Shown: positions 11,066 through 22,505, counted from the whole stretch's first letter. The stretch is DNA of 63,880 bases, filler included, from Candidatus Hydrogenedentota bacterium (GCA_040752395.1; 6 parts of 6 records of this genome joined end to end with filler, not necessarily neighbours in it); one strand, 5' to 3'. Made by a program: numbers and translations. Notes: generated by a model not told the origin, from the sequence alone.

Positions 11066-11338
11066 CTACGCTGTTGAAAAGGCTTTAATCTGGTTCATCA
11101 ATCTTGACTTTTTACGATTGGCGCTATTTTTATGAATAATATTTTTCTTTGCAGCTTTATCTATTTTAGAATAAGTAAGACCTAACAATTGCTTTAGCTC
11201 ATCCTGCCTTTTCTCTTTCGCAGCTACAAGACATTTCTTTATCAATGTCTTAATCTCAGTTTTAACTGATTTATTCCTCAGTCTCCTCTTTTCATTTTGT
11301 TTTATACTCTTTTTTGCTGATTTTGTATGTGCCATCAC
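11066..11338 (-). CDS. rpsT: 30S ribosomal protein S20
   Basis: MAHTKSAKK, IDKAAKKNIIHKNSANRKKSRL. Confidence 0.96.
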   Translation of the reverse strand: MMAHTKSAKKSIKQNEKRRLRNKSVKTEIKTLIKKCLVAAKEKRQDELKQLLGLTYSKIDKAAKKNIIHKNSANRKKSRLMNQIKAFSTA

Positions 11339-11358
11339 TAAACCCCTCTAAAAAACAA

Positions 11359-11477
11359 GCTTCAGACTTCGGGCTCTTCAGTCTCCAAGGTCCTGGCTTC
11401 AGGCTCCAGCCGGCTGTAGTCCGTAGCCCGTAGCCTGTAGTCTGCAAGCTGAAGCCCGTAGTCTGTAGCCTGGAGCT
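11359..11477. repeat. GGCTACA-family 7-mer array, reverse orientation
   Basis: Reverse complement of the array at 21-82; also at 39090-39176, 39928-39980 and 56036-56100. Confidence 0.85.
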
Positions 11478-11543
11478 AACATACTTTTAAAAGATTCAAA
11501 ACACATAAATTATTGTCTGTTTTTCTGCCTTTGTCAAATATTT

Positions 11544-11780
11544 TTAGTCGTTCTGAATTAATCTCAATAACGGCGTGTCAATTTTATTAACAGCCTGGGT
11601 GCCTGTATTTTGAGCAGTAAGAACAATTTGTACACCTGTTAATCCATAGACAACAGCATTTGTCTCGCTTGTTACACTTATTAATTCTAATTCCCCAGCA
11701 GCAGATAATAGCGATGGCAGTAAAGATAGGACTATAATAATCGATATGAAAATAGTAGCTGTTTTTTTAGATGTTATCAT
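11544..11780 (-). CDS. Short secreted-protein ORF, probably a truncated remnant
   Basis: Sec-type signal peptide then about 50 aa of beta-rich sequence that ends abruptly. Confidence 0.45.
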   Translation of the reverse strand: MITSKKTATIFISIIIVLSLLPSLLSAAGELELISVTSETNAVVYGLTGVQIVLTAQNTGTQAVNKIDTPLLRLIQND

Positions 11781-11801
11781 ATTGGTAAATCAATTATTAT
11801 A

Positions 11802-11828
11802 TTATCGTCTAATTTTATAATAGATTTA
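11802..11828 (-). promoter_or_regulatory. Sigma28-like promoter
   Basis: TAAA-N15-GACGATAA, 21 nt before ATG 11780. Confidence 0.45.
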
Positions 11829-12287
11829 ATTAAAATTGCAAATTGCAAATTTATTTACCTTTATTTAGAGGCAAGATAACGGAAAGAAGCAAGAAGCAAG
11901 AGGCACAAAGTTTTTTCTTGTGTGTGTCTTTGCCTGCCTGGCGCGACGGAGCGCGGCGCAGCAAGGAAGAGAGATTGCAAATAGAGAAACCTTGAGGCTT
12001 GATGGTTTTTCTCTTTGCCCACCTGACAGGATGTCAGGCGGAATAATGTCAGGATGAATTGTTTTTAGAATGGTCAGGTCAAAATGTGCCGAAAATTTAC
12101 TAAAAAATGTCCCGACAAACGGGGAACACTACAGTCTTGTTTATTTACTAAACAATTATGTAATCTTAAAACAAATTCTAATAATAGAAAAAAATTATTA
12201 GTGTGATTAATATAAAAAGAATTTTTTTCATTTGCAAAACATCTAAAATTATATATTTTTAATTAAGGTTTGTAAACTTAAAAAGAT

Positions 12288-12315
12288 TAAAAAAATTTTT
12301 AAACTAATACGATAA
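12288..12315 (+). promoter_or_regulatory. Sigma28-like promoter upstream of the PilZ gene
   Basis: TAAA-N16-TACGATAA. Confidence 0.35.
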
Positions 12316-12346
12316 TATAGATTGAAAAAGATGGGACAGAACAACA

Positions 12347-12667
12347 ATGGATGAGAAAAGAAAAGACTGGCGAGCACGGATTACGTTATCAGCAAGGGTT
12401 TATATAAAAGATGTATTTATATCTGCGCTTGTCGAGGATGTAGGTGGCGGTGGTATAAAGATAATCTCTCAATATAAATTTACTCCTGGCGAACCATTCA
12501 AAATTATAATACCCGAGTTTAATCCAACCTATATATTTGATGCAATGGTTCTTGAATGCATATCAACTGGTATAAGTGGTGACTTCATCACGCGTGCCAG
12601 TTTCGAAAAAGATAGTAAAAAAGAGTGTGATAAACTTCTTACTTATCTAATCCGTCGGTTTGCTTAA
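12347..12667 (+). CDS. Stand-alone PilZ domain protein
   Basis: RKDWR (RxxxR) and DVGGGG (variant of DxSxxG); 106 aa. Confidence 0.75.
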   Translation: MDEKRKDWRARITLSARVYIKDVFISALVEDVGGGGIKIISQYKFTPGEPFKIIIPEFNPTYIFDAMVLECISTGISGDFITRASFEKDSKKECDKLLTYLIRRFA

Positions 12668-13848
12668 ATAATCTCAATCTTCTCTTCTTCGACTACTCTA
12701 TTTAAGAAATTGGTAATAATCTGGGTCTGTTTATCTGTTTCAAGGAGAAACGCATCGTGACCATAATCACATTCGATCTCGCAAAAACTTACATCAGCAC
12801 CAACTGCCTGTAAAGCGCGCACAATCTCTTTAGTATGTTCCGTAGGGAAAAGCCAGTCAGAAGTAAATGATATTAATAAATACTTAACGTTAGTCGAGTT
12901 AATAAAAGCATTAGCTAATCTGCCATTGTATTCTTCAACAAGGTCATAATAATCACGCGCTTTTGTCATATAAAGATATGTATTTGCATCAAATCGCTCA
13001 ACAAATTTTTCACCCTGATACCTTAAATAACTCTCTACCTGAAAATCAACATCAAAATCATAGCCTACTTTATCTTTAAATAGTTTTCTACCAAACTTCC
13101 TTTTCATAGATTCCTCAGAGAGATATGTTATATGACCCATCATTCTTGCGATAGCAAGCCCGTTTCTCGGCCTCTCTTTACCATAATAATCTCCTTTATT
13201 AAAATTAGGGTCACTCATTATTGCACGACGCGCCACCTCATTAAATGCTATAGCCTGAGCTGATGGTCGCGCTGATGAGGCCTGCGGTATGGTTGAGATA
13301 ATCCTTTCAGGATACGATATCGCCCACTGTAAAGCCTGCATCCCGCCTATTGAACCACCTGATAAAGTTAATATCCTCCTGATACCAAGATAATCAATTA
13401 ACTTTTTTTCAGCATTCACCATATCTTTTATCGTAATAACCGGGAATCTTAAACCATATGGTTCTCCACGCGTTGGATCGATACTCGAGGGTCCGGTTGA
13501 GCCTTTACATCCACAGATAACATTCGAACAGATAACAAAATATTTGTCAGTATCAAAGGCTTTAGATGGACCAACCATATTGTCCCACCAGCCAGGTTTT
13601 TCATCAACTTTTAAATTGCCATCTTCATCGAACTGGTCTTTATAATACCCTGCAACATGTGCATCTGCTGATAGGGCATGGCAGAGAAGTATCGCATTGT
13701 CCTTATTTTTATTGAGCTTGCCGTATGTTTCATAAGCAATTCTTACAGGAGCTATCTTTTTACCTGACTCCAACTCTATCTCATCAAAGTCAAAGTATTT
13801 AGTCTCAACTACACCTACAGAATTAGCCGCGACTTTATACTCAACCAT
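12664..13848 (-). CDS. metX: Homoserine O-acetyltransferase
   Basis: [26 protein letters not shown] nucleophile elbow, GHDAFL. Confidence 0.93.
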   Translation of the reverse strand: MVEYKVAANSVGVVETKYFDFDEIELESGKKIAPVRIAYETYGKLNKNKDNAILLCHALSADAHVAGYYKDQFDEDGNLKVDEKPGWWDNMVGPSKAFDTDKYFVICSNVICGCKGSTGPSSIDPTRGEPYGLRFPVITIKDMVNAEKKLIDYLGIRRILTLSGGSIGGMQALQWAISYPERIISTIPQASSARPSAQAIAFNEVARRAIMSDPNFNKGDYYGKERPRNGLAIARMMGHITYLSEESMKRKFGRKLFKDKVGYDFDVDFQVESYLRYQGEKFVERFDANTYLYMTKARDYYDLVEEYNGRLANAFINSTNVKYLLISFTSDWLFPTEHTKEIVRALQAVGADVSFCEIECDYGHDAFLLETDKQTQIITNFLNRVVEEEKIEII

Positions 13849-13864
13849 AATGTATCCTCCCTCT

Positions 13865-14239
13865 TTATCTCATTGTTGAAGAGGTGTGGTTTGTTATTGT
13901 AAACGAGATGCATTTACCGTTTTTAATTATTCTGCGAATAAATATATTATCTTTCAGAGCCTGTTTAAGTTCATCTTCAGTGTACGGTATAATATCAACA
14001 CTGACTGGAAATCGTGCTGGGAGATAATCAGGTATCCGATCCCTCATTCTTTTATCTGAATGAGATAAAACAAGCAGGATATCCATATCACTCCCTGGTG
14101 CATATGTCCCGTTGATAAAAGAACCAAAAAGATAGGCTACTTTAATTTCAGGATGACTAACTTTTAATTTTTCAAGATAGTCATAAGTTTTACGTAAAAC
14201 CTCTTCCTTATCAATTGATCTTACTTTTACAGTACTCAA
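13865..14239 (-). CDS. Minimal nucleotidyltransferase (MNT antitoxin-like)
   Basis: LFGS-x10-SDMD motif; overlaps the HEPN gene. Confidence 0.85.
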   Translation of the reverse strand: MSTVKVRSIDKEEVLRKTYDYLEKLKVSHPEIKVAYLFGSFINGTYAPGSDMDILLVLSHSDKRMRDRIPDYLPARFPVSVDIIPYTEDELKQALKDNIFIRRIIKNGKCISFTITNHTSSTMR

Positions 14240-14597
14240 TTATTTCCTCTGCTAATCTAATTGATTCTTCAGCCTCGTTCCTTGTATAAAAGTCAGTTGG
14301 CGCACCTTCGTTAAACCCATTGGGATAACGCGATATGATATAATGTTTGTCAAGTATTTTTCCCTTTTCTATTAACTCTGTGCTGACACCTATCTCATAA
14401 GGAAGGTTAGCAAGAAGTATACTCAGGGTATGTCCCCACGCATCAAGATGCAGTCTCTGATATAAAGATTTAATGGCTTTCTCTGCGGCCTGGTGCGCAG
14501 CAAAACATGACCATTCAAAATCTCCAGCTATTAATGAATTTTTTGCATGTTTTAAATCAGAAACAGCCTGTTTCATCCAGTCCTGATGTCTTTGCAT
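14211..14597 (-). CDS. HEPN domain protein
   Basis: W..QA..DL..A, CFAAHQAAEKAIK, GH, YIISRYP. Confidence 0.88.
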   Translation of the reverse strand: MQRHQDWMKQAVSDLKHAKNSLIAGDFEWSCFAAHQAAEKAIKSLYQRLHLDAWGHTLSILLANLPYEIGVSTELIEKGKILDKHYIISRYPNGFNEGAPTDFYTRNEAEESIRLAEEIIEYCKSKIN

Positions 14598-14678
14598 AAT
14601 TTATACCACGAGCAACTCTTTATTCACACTGGCTACATTAAATAATCCTTATATTAAAAATGTCAACACATTTTGTTC

Positions 14679-14838
14679 AGGTCTCTTTTAAAACCTCATT
14701 TTTTAAAGATGCGCCTAAAGTCTAAAGAACGGGTCTTTGGACCCTCTTTACATTATATTGATTATATTGGAATTACAAAAAATAAAAAATGTAGTGAGCA
14801 TCTTTAGATGTGATAATCAGGGTTTTTCAAAGATCTCT
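14679..14838. mobile_element. MITE family 2
   Basis: Ends AGGTCTCTTTTAAAACC / GGTTTTTCAAAGATCTCT; reversed copy at 47777-47907 and partial copy at 44368-44445. Confidence 0.6.
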
Positions 14839-14953
14839 TGTCAGTGTAATCCAATAGTTAAGCGAAATTCTGCGAATCTCGAATTGCAAATTGGAATTTG
14901 AATTTGTAAAATTTTAATCTTGATTTTTTTTAAAAAAAGTATATAATTAATTT

Positions 14954-15325
14954 ATGAAGAAAAATATACTTGTAATAGAAGATGAGCATAATCTCCGTAA
15001 TCTCTACATCGAGGAGCTGTGTGAGGATGGTTACAGATGTTATGGTGCTTGTAACGGTCAGGAAGCGCTCGGTCTTATCGCTCAACACAATTTTGATCTA
15101 ATAATGGTTGATATCAAACTTCCTGATATCTCCGGTATAGAACTTCTTCAAAGATTAAAATCGTTCCGCGGTAAGATACCCATTTTCATTGTGACAGCTT
15201 TTGGTCAGCTAAAAAATCATTTTGCGTTTACAGATGCTGATGAATTCATTACCAAGAGCTCTGATCTTGCTGAATTAAAAGCGAAAATATCTAAATACCT
15301 CAAAAAAGAGACCCCGACCGTCTAA
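14954..15325 (+). CDS. Single-domain response regulator
   Basis: ILVIEDE, VDIKLP phospho-acceptor Asp, IVTA, FITK. Confidence 0.9.
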   Translation: MKKNILVIEDEHNLRNLYIEELCEDGYRCYGACNGQEALGLIAQHNFDLIMVDIKLPDISGIELLQRLKSFRGKIPIFIVTAFGQLKNHFAFTDADEFITKSSDLAELKAKISKYLKKETPTV

Positions 15326-16152
15326 ATTATTCTCCTTACCACACTCAAAGCCTGTTTATTCTCCTTTATATCATGTATTCTAAAAAATCGGACACCTTTT
15401 GTATAAGCATAAACATTTGAAGCTATAGTGCCTGGCAACCTTTGCTTTGGGCTTGAATCGAATATCTTACCAATAAACGATTTTCTACTTGTCCCGATTA
15501 GCATTTCATATCCCTGCTTGCTAAACTCATCAATGTTTCGTAATAGCTCAAGGTTATGTTCAAGCGTCTTACCAAACCCTATACCAACATCAAGAAGTAT
15601 TTTTTCTTTTTCCAATCCTCTGTCTGTTAATTCTTTAGCTTTGTTTATAAGAAAATTTTTCACTTCTAAAATAACATCTTTATAAAGTGGGTTAATCTGC
15701 ATAGTTTGTGGTGTTCCCTGTATGTGGTTTATTACTATTGAAGCATTGTTTTTTATAACCACATCGATGATCCGCGCATCCATCATCGTTCCACTAATAT
15801 CATTAACTATTTCAGCGCCCTCAGATATCGCGAGCTCCGCTACCTCGCTTTTATAAGTATCGATAGAAATACATACCTCAGGGAATAACTCTTTTACCTT
15901 TTTAATCAGAGGAACTGTTTTATCAATTTCTTTATCAACAGATAAAGGTTTTGAGCCGGGTCGCGTTGATTCACCTCCTATATCAATAATATCAGCTCCT
16001 TCATCAATCATTTCTTTTATTCGTCTTATAGCATCGTCTAATTCATAATATTTACCGCCGTCATAAAATGAATCAGTTGTGCGGTTTAATATTCCAATTA
16101 GATAGAATTGATTATTATCAGTAGGAAAGATTTTATTTTGTGTTTTGAACAT
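15322..16152 (-). CDS. folP: Dihydropteroate synthase
   Basis: DSFYDGG, IDIGGESTRPG, GIGFGK, GTSRKSF, RIHD. Confidence 0.95.
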   Translation of the reverse strand: MFKTQNKIFPTDNNQFYLIGILNRTTDSFYDGGKYYELDDAIRRIKEMIDEGADIIDIGGESTRPGSKPLSVDKEIDKTVPLIKKVKELFPEVCISIDTYKSEVAELAISEGAEIVNDISGTMMDARIIDVVIKNNASIVINHIQGTPQTMQINPLYKDVILEVKNFLINKAKELTDRGLEKEKILLDVGIGFGKTLEHNLELLRNIDEFSKQGYEMLIGTSRKSFIGKIFDSSPKQRLPGTIASNVYAYTKGVRFFRIHDIKENKQALSVVRRII

Positions 16153-18016
16153 CAGATTGTGTTATACTTTTAGTATTATTTAATTCGAGGTGTCGTGGTG
16201 GTAATTCCTTACCCTCCATCAATAAATCCACCTCATTCCCATCAAGCACTTCGCGTTCAATCAGCATCCGGGCGATTTTATCAAGTTTATCTCTGTTTTC
16301 GAGCAATAATTTTTTGGTTTCTTCGTAACACTCCTTAACAATCTTGCTTACTTCTTTATCAATCTCAAGCGCTGTCTGTTCAGAGAAATCCCTTTCACGC
16401 GTTATTTCTCTGCCTAAAAAGATATGTTCTTCACGTTTCCCATAAGAACGTGGCCCCATTTTATCACTCATCCCAAACTGGCAGACCATACTATGAGCGA
16501 TTTCAGTTGCGCGTTCGATATCATTAGCTGCGCCAGCGGTTATATCAGCAAAAATTAATTCCTCTGCAACCCGTCCACCATAAAGACATTTAATATCATT
16601 GATATATTCTTTTCTTGCTTTAAGATATTTATCTTTTTCAGGTAGATAAAACGTTGCACCAAGGTAAGCGAGGCCACGAGGGATAAGCGTAACTTTATGC
16701 ACCGGGTCAGTTCCTGGCAAAAGTTTGGCGATTAAAGCATGTCCGCTTTCATGATAAGCAATTATGCGTTTCTCCTCCTCGCTTATAGTACGGGAACGAC
16801 GCTCAGGCCCCATTATAACTTTATCGCGTGATTCAAGCAATTCTTCCATTGTAACTTTTTGTTTATTCCGCCTTGCTGCAAGTAACGCAGATTCATTAAC
16901 AAGATTTGCAATATCAGCACCTGAAAAATATGGTGTACCACGAGCAATTATTTCAAGCTCAACCCCTTCATCTAATGGTATCTTTTTAATGTGAACTTTG
17001 AGAATCCCGAGTCTGCCCTTTAAATCCGGTAGATCAACAACAACCCTGCGGTCAAACCTGCCGGGCCGAAGCAATGCCGGGTCAAGTATATCTGGCCTGT
17101 TAGTTGCAGCCACAACTATGACATTGGTATCTGTATCAAATCCATCCATCTCAACAAGAATCTGATTTAATGTCTGTTCACGTTCATCATGTCCGCCACC
17201 CAGCCCGGCTCCTCGATGTCTGCCAACCGCATCGATTTCATCAATAAAAATAATACAGGGCGCGTGCCGTTTGCCTTTGTCAAAAAGGTCTCTTACCCGT
17301 GAAGCACCTACACCAACAAACATCTCAACAAAATCAGAACCTGAGATAGAGAAAAACGGTGAGTTGGCTTCACCTGCAACAGCCCGAGCAAGCAACGTCT
17401 TACCTGTCCCCGGAGGCCCAACAAGTAATACACCCTTCGGAATCCTACCACCAAGTTTCGTAAACTTTTGTGGCTCTTTTAAAAATTCTATTATCTCTAC
17501 AAGCTCTGCTTTTGCTTCATCACAACCAGCTACATCATTAAAAGTAATCTTTTTATCAGATTGATTAATTAACCTGGCCCTGCTTCTACCAAATGAGAAT
17601 GCTTTATTCCCAACACCCTGAATCTGTCTTGCAAATATTAACCAGAATAAAATTATAAAAAGTATCACAGGCCCCCAGTACGGAAGAAATATGTCTAAAA
17701 ACCAGTTCTTTTCAACACCTTTAACTTTAAACGGAATTTTATATTCATCTAATAATTTTAGAAACTCCTCTGTCTTTAATACTGATACCTTATAACCATT
17801 CTTCTGATGTTTTAGTTTTCCTTTAATCTCTATTAAATCTGGTCCCTTTACCTCAATCTCAGCATTCTCTATTAACCCGGCTTTGATGTATTCTATAAAC
17901 TCACTCTGTGTGAAGTCTTTTTCCGGCACTTCGTCCTGTTTCATAGTAAATATCGCATAAAAAATCAGAATAAAAATAAGTATCCAGAAACCCAGACTTC
18001 TAAAAAACGAATTCAT
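16133..18016 (-). CDS. ftsH: ATP-dependent zinc metalloprotease FtsH
   Basis: Two TM helices, [20 protein letters not shown]. Confidence 0.97.
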   Translation of the reverse strand: MNSFFRSLGFWILIFILIFYAIFTMKQDEVPEKDFTQSEFIEYIKAGLIENAEIEVKGPDLIEIKGKLKHQKNGYKVSVLKTEEFLKLLDEYKIPFKVKGVEKNWFLDIFLPYWGPVILFIILFWLIFARQIQGVGNKAFSFGRSRARLINQSDKKITFNDVAGCDEAKAELVEIIEFLKEPQKFTKLGGRIPKGVLLVGPPGTGKTLLARAVAGEANSPFFSISGSDFVEMFVGVGASRVRDLFDKGKRHAPCIIFIDEIDAVGRHRGAGLGGGHDEREQTLNQILVEMDGFDTDTNVIVVAATNRPDILDPALLRPGRFDRRVVVDLPDLKGRLGILKVHIKKIPLDEGVELEIIARGTPYFSGADIANLVNESALLAARRNKQKVTMEELLESRDKVIMGPERRSRTISEEEKRIIAYHESGHALIAKLLPGTDPVHKVTLIPRGLAYLGATFYLPEKDKYLKARKEYINDIKCLYGGRVAEELIFADITAGAANDIERATEIAHSMVCQFGMSDKMGPRSYGKREEHIFLGREITRERDFSEQTALEIDKEVSKIVKECYEETKKLLLENRDKLDKIARMLIEREVLDGNEVDLLMEGKELPPRHLELNNTKSITQSDVQNTK

Positions 18017-18585
18017 ATACTATCTTCCTCTGTACTTAAATCCCATGCAATGTCTGATGGCGTACCTACGAAAGGTATATTTCTGAAATAATCCTGGCAA
18101 TCAAGACCATAACCAATAACAAAATTGTCAGGAATAACAAAACCAACATAATCAGGTTTGATATCAATGCGTCTGCTCGCAGGTTTATCCAGAAGACAAC
18201 ACATTTTTAACGAGGCTGGCTTTTTAGCAAGTATATTTTCTCGCAAATAGTGCCATGTTAACCCGGTATCTATAACATCCTCAATAACCAGAACATCTCT
18301 GTTTTCTACGTTTATAGAAATATCTTTAAGTATTCTTACAATCCCTGATGTTTTAGTATCTTTACCGTAACTTGTAACATCTATAAAATCAATCTCACAG
18401 GGTATAGATACTTTTCTGATAAGGTCAGCTAAAAAAACTACGGCACCCCGAAGCACACCTACAAATACTAAATCTTTACCTGCATACTCTTTTGAAATTT
18501 GTTCACCCATCTCCTGTATCCTTCTCTCAATAGCTTCTTTATCAATTATCACTTCGGCTACAGCATCTCTAAAATCGTAAAACAT
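18013..18585 (-). CDS. hpt: Hypoxanthine phosphoribosyltransferase
   Basis: VLVIEDVIDTGLT PRPP motif, FVIGYGLD; hpt-ftsH-folP gene order. Confidence 0.95.
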   Translation of the reverse strand: MFYDFRDAVAEVIIDKEAIERRIQEMGEQISKEYAGKDLVFVGVLRGAVVFLADLIRKVSIPCEIDFIDVTSYGKDTKTSGIVRILKDISINVENRDVLVIEDVIDTGLTWHYLRENILAKKPASLKMCCLLDKPASRRIDIKPDYVGFVIPDNFVIGYGLDCQDYFRNIPFVGTPSDIAWDLSTEEDSI

Positions 18586-18796
18586 TTATATCCCCTCTAT
18601 AAATAAGATTTAAGGTGCAAAGGCACAATGATACCTTCCCCAAAAGACCCTTCTAATCTCTTATATATTATAAATATCTTTGGTCAAGATATTTCTTTAA
18701 ATTCCCCATCCAATAAAAAAACAAAAATAACCCTATAAAAAAAGAAGCAAGATGCAAGAGGCAAGAAGCAAGATAAAGAAACTCCACCGAAAACTG

Positions 18797-18888
18797 AGAA
18801 CGTGTGAAAAAATTAGACTTTTTTTAGAAAATGTGGACTGATAATAAAAAAGTTAGCAGGTATTAATGTTGATTATTTCACACGTTCT
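18797..18888. mobile_element. MITE family 1
   Basis: TIRs AGAACGTGTGAAA/TTTCACACGTTCT, about 92 bp; near-identical copy at 44252-44342 and reversed copy at 33061-33151. Confidence 0.7.
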
Positions 18889-19031
18889 GAGGCATTACGG
18901 AATTTCTAATTTTTATCTTGTATTTTCTGCTTAACTATAGTATATTTAAGAATGCTGTGTAAAATAAAATCCTTTGAAGATGTTCAAAGACTATTAGATG
19001 GTTTCATATTTTTTATAAGGCTGAGAACATA

Positions 19032-20765
19032 ATGAAAAGAATAAATTTTTTTAAGATATTTTTCTATATTTTTATTCTATTCTGGATTTTTATTTCTGTT
19101 AACTGGGGATTAATGAATGATTCTCAAAAATCTCTTATTGAATGTGGTATATTAAATAAATCCAAACTGTATTCAGACCTTGAAAAAGCAAGGAATGATT
19201 TATATAGAGATGGTAAAGACTATTATTTCCATAATATCGCATCTCAAATATCAACTAACATAATTGACTATAGGAATAACACGGGCCTTTCAAATTTTTA
19301 TACTGCTATTAGACCTTATTATTTAAGAACAACTCATTCTGATGAGCAGGCAACATTATTTGCTTTGTCAAATATGAATCCTTATAAATTCGAATTTGAT
19401 CCGCACTTTTATCAGTATGGAGGCTCATACATTTACCCGCTCGGATTTTATCTTAAAGTACTTGACACCTTAAAGATTATCAATCTAGTACCTGATATTA
19501 AATATTATTTTAATAATATACAGGAAATGGCTAATATATATATATCCTGTCGTGTTTATATAGGATTATCGGTATTTGTCCTTACTCTTATTCTGTATAA
19601 ACTGCTAAGAAGATTCTGTTCAGATAACTTTTCAGTTCTATTAACACTTTTATTTGTCACTTTACCGGTAATAACATTATTTAAAAGCATAATTAAGGCT
19701 CACATTGTCGCACCGGCTTTTGGAATTGTATCACTTTATTATTTATATAAAATAATCGTTAATGGGGAAATTAGGTATCGAAACTTTATATTATGTGGAT
19801 TATGGACAGGGTTAGCAGCCGGCTCAATAATACTTTATTTTTCCTACTTAATAATACCATTAACTGCAATAATTTACTATAAAAAGATCAATATAAGAAA
19901 CAAAATTTTTTATATTATTATAATATGCTTTACAGCATTGATATTTTATGTGGTCTCAAATCCTTATTTTATTTTAAATATTAACAAAAATATTCACCAC
20001 TATGATACGTTTAGAAAAGTTTATCATTCATACGAAAACGGGTTATTAGTCCATTTTATTTATGGATTACCTAAATTTTTTAGCAAGTGTTTTGAAGGAC
20101 TTGGTCCTGCTTTATTTCTATTTATTTTTATGCTGTGTCAACTTGGGTTATATTTCAAGAAAATTTCTAATGACAATAAAAGGATATCTTATATTATTGG
20201 AATTTTTATTTTTTTGATCTCTTATTCATTATATTTTGAACTCCCAATCACCAAAATATTTAAACGTGAGCATATAAGAATATATATCCCGGCTATTCCT
20301 ATAATAATTCTTTTTATAGGTTTAATGTATCATTATATTAGCAATTTTAATAAAAAGGTGGTTCAAATACTTTTATTATCAGGTATCATGTACAATTTGA
20401 TTATATCAGGTCAATATCAATTTGAATTTTTTCAAGGATCAATTAATAATCGGACATCTCTGCAGGCAGGCGCCTGGATAAATTTAAATATTCCTGAAGA
20501 TAGAACTATCGGACTTCATTATATTCCGCAGCCTCACTATTGTCCGCCTTTTGGATTTTCTAAATATAAACTGATAGTTCCGTTTTCAGCAGATACACAA
20601 GTTGACTATGTAATTATTAAAAATATCGATAGAGATAGAGATATCTTACATCGACTCTTAAATAGTAAAGATTATAAATTGATTAAAGTATTTAAAAACA
20701 AGCGTCTCTTTGAAATCGTTAATCATCTGGTAAGTTCGGATATATATATATTTCAGAAAATATAA
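19032..20765 (+). CDS. Polytopic membrane glycosyltransferase, GT-C (ArnT/PMT-like)
   Basis: HSDEQ acidic motif, DPHFYQYGG, roughly 10-12 TM helices, SNPYF; very AT-rich. Confidence 0.6.
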   Translation: MKRINFFKIFFYIFILFWIFISVNWGLMNDSQKSLIECGILNKSKLYSDLEKARNDLYRDGKDYYFHNIASQISTNIIDYRNNTGLSNFYTAIRPYYLRTTHSDEQATLFALSNMNPYKFEFDPHFYQYGGSYIYPLGFYLKVLDTLKIINLVPDIKYYFNNIQEMANIYISCRVYIGLSVFVLTLILYKLLRRFCSDNFSVLLTLLFVTLPVITLFKSIIKAHIVAPAFGIVSLYYLYKIIVNGEIRYRNFILCGLWTGLAAGSIILYFSYLIIPLTAIIYYKKINIRNKIFYIIIICFTALIFYVVSNPYFILNINKNIHHYDTFRKVYHSYENGLLVHFIYGLPKFFSKCFEGLGPALFLFIFMLCQLGLYFKKISNDNKRISYIIGIFIFLISYSLYFELPITKIFKREHIRIYIPAIPIIILFIGLMYHYISNFNKKVVQILLLSGIMYNLIISGQYQFEFFQGSINNRTSLQAGAWINLNIPEDRTIGLHYIPQPHYCPPFGFSKYKLIVPFSADTQVDYVIIKNIDRDRDILHRLLNSKDYKLIKVFKNKRLFEIVNHLVSSDIYIFQKI

Positions 20766-20864
20766 TGTTAAACCTAATTTCAGCTATGTCATAACTTTAA
20801 CCCAACTTCCACAATTTTAGCTAAAAAAGCCTTTCCGTGCCTATTTGTTTTGTTTCTTGGTTTA

Positions 20865-21029
20865 ACCCAACTTCAAAATTTTAACCACTAAAATCACCAT
20901 TTTTTGACCCATCTTTTTTGCTAATTATAATATTTACAAGACTGTTTTCTGTTTTTTGACCTGATTTTCGAAGAAGTAAGCATAAGCCCGGTTTGTACTC
21001 TACATATAATCTCTCAGTTAAAGTTGGGT
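20865..21029. repeat. Short inverted-repeat element, possible MITE remnant
   Basis: ACCCAACTT at 20800 and 20865; AAGTTGGGT at 21021. Confidence 0.3.
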
Positions 21030-21091
21030 AAGAAGTTAAAAGTTAAGAAATACATCTGAAAAGTCTTCAGTCGTAAGTTGTGAGTCGTGAG

Positions 21092-22201
21092 TCAAAGAAA
21101 GACACCGGGTATCTTTTGGTTGCAGTAAGGACAGAAACCACCCTTTAAATTGTTCTCTAAAACATAATAACCATACCGCTTTATTAATACTTTACCGCAT
21201 TTATGACAATACGTGGATTCATACTTGTGGCCTGCTACATTACCCATATATACATAATGTATACCAGCTAATTTTGCTATCTCGCAACACCGCTCAATCG
21301 TCTCCACAGGTGTCGGTGGTAAATTCGTTATTTTATATGTCGGATGAAACCTTGAGAAATGAACCGGTACATCTGGCCCTAAATTATCAAGTATCCATTT
21401 ACTCATCTCCTTTATCTCATCTTGTTTATCATTCTTGGTAGGTAATATTAAAACAACTATCTCAAGCCACATTTTAAGCTTTTTTATTAATTTCATAGTC
21501 TCAAGCACAGGATATACATACGAAGAACAAATTTCTCTATAAAACTCGTTATTAAAAGATTTGAAATCTATCTTTATCCCTGTAAGCACCTCGCACAATT
21601 TCTTTAACGGCTCAGCATTGATAAAACCATTACTCACCATCACATTACCTATCCCCTTCTCTCTTGCGAGTTTTGAAGTATCATACATATATTCATAAAA
21701 GATAATAGGTTCAGAGTACGTATAGGATATTGTTGGCACTTTTTTAGTTATACATTGATTGACTAATGCCCAAGGAGGGGCATAGATACTTGAAACGTCC
21801 TCAGGTCTGAACTGTGATATCTGCCAGTTCTGACAGAACTTACACTCAAAATTACAACCTGCGGTAGCGATCGAGAACGCTTTTGTTCCTGGTAAGTAAT
21901 GAAAGAACGGCTTTTTTTCTATAGGATCAATATTTGCGGATACACAACGGCTATGAACAAGTGTATATAATTTACCATTTATATTCTCTCTAACTTCACA
22001 GAATCCACGACCACCATTGATTATACCACATTCCCTGGGACATAGCTTACATCTAACCTCTGAATTCTTTTCTCTTTTCTCATAGAACATCGCTTCTTTA
22101 ATAAACCTTTCATCATCCTTTGTTATGGCGAAAACCGGGTTAGAACATACAGAGAATAATGTTCCTGCAATACCACACTTTAAAAACTCTCTCCTTTGCA
22201 T
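21092..22201 (-). CDS. amrS: AmmeMemoRadiSam system radical SAM enzyme with Tat-like signal
   Basis: CKLCPREC, DPIEKKPFFHY, GCNFECKFCQN, YTYSEP, HFSRFHP; N-terminal QRREFLK. Confidence 0.88.
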   Translation of the reverse strand: MQRREFLKCGIAGTLFSVCSNPVFAITKDDERFIKEAMFYEKREKNSEVRCKLCPRECGIINGGRGFCEVRENINGKLYTLVHSRCVSANIDPIEKKPFFHYLPGTKAFSIATAGCNFECKFCQNWQISQFRPEDVSSIYAPPWALVNQCITKKVPTISYTYSEPIIFYEYMYDTSKLAREKGIGNVMVSNGFINAEPLKKLCEVLTGIKIDFKSFNNEFYREICSSYVYPVLETMKLIKKLKMWLEIVVLILPTKNDKQDEIKEMSKWILDNLGPDVPVHFSRFHPTYKITNLPPTPVETIERCCEIAKLAGIHYVYMGNVAGHKYESTYCHKCGKVLIKRYGYYVLENNLKGGFCPYCNQKIPGVFL

Positions 22202-22505
22202 ATCACTCCTCTGAAAAACATTGTAATTATAATAATATCAAGTAGAAGCAAGAAGCAAGATAACGGAAGAAGTGAGAGGTATCAGGACAGGCTACAGGCT
22301 ACGGACTACAGCCGGCTGGAGCCCGAAGCCCGGAATCTGCTGAAAAGTCTTGAGTCTTGAGTCTCGAGTCCTGTTTTGACTCACGACTTGCGACTTGTGA
22401 CTCACGACTCTTTTTATATCATCTTTAGTTTTTCATACCTTGTGCCTCTGTGCCTCTGTGCTTCTTTCGTTATCTTTCTTTTCCGTTATCTTGCTTCTTG
22501 CTTCT

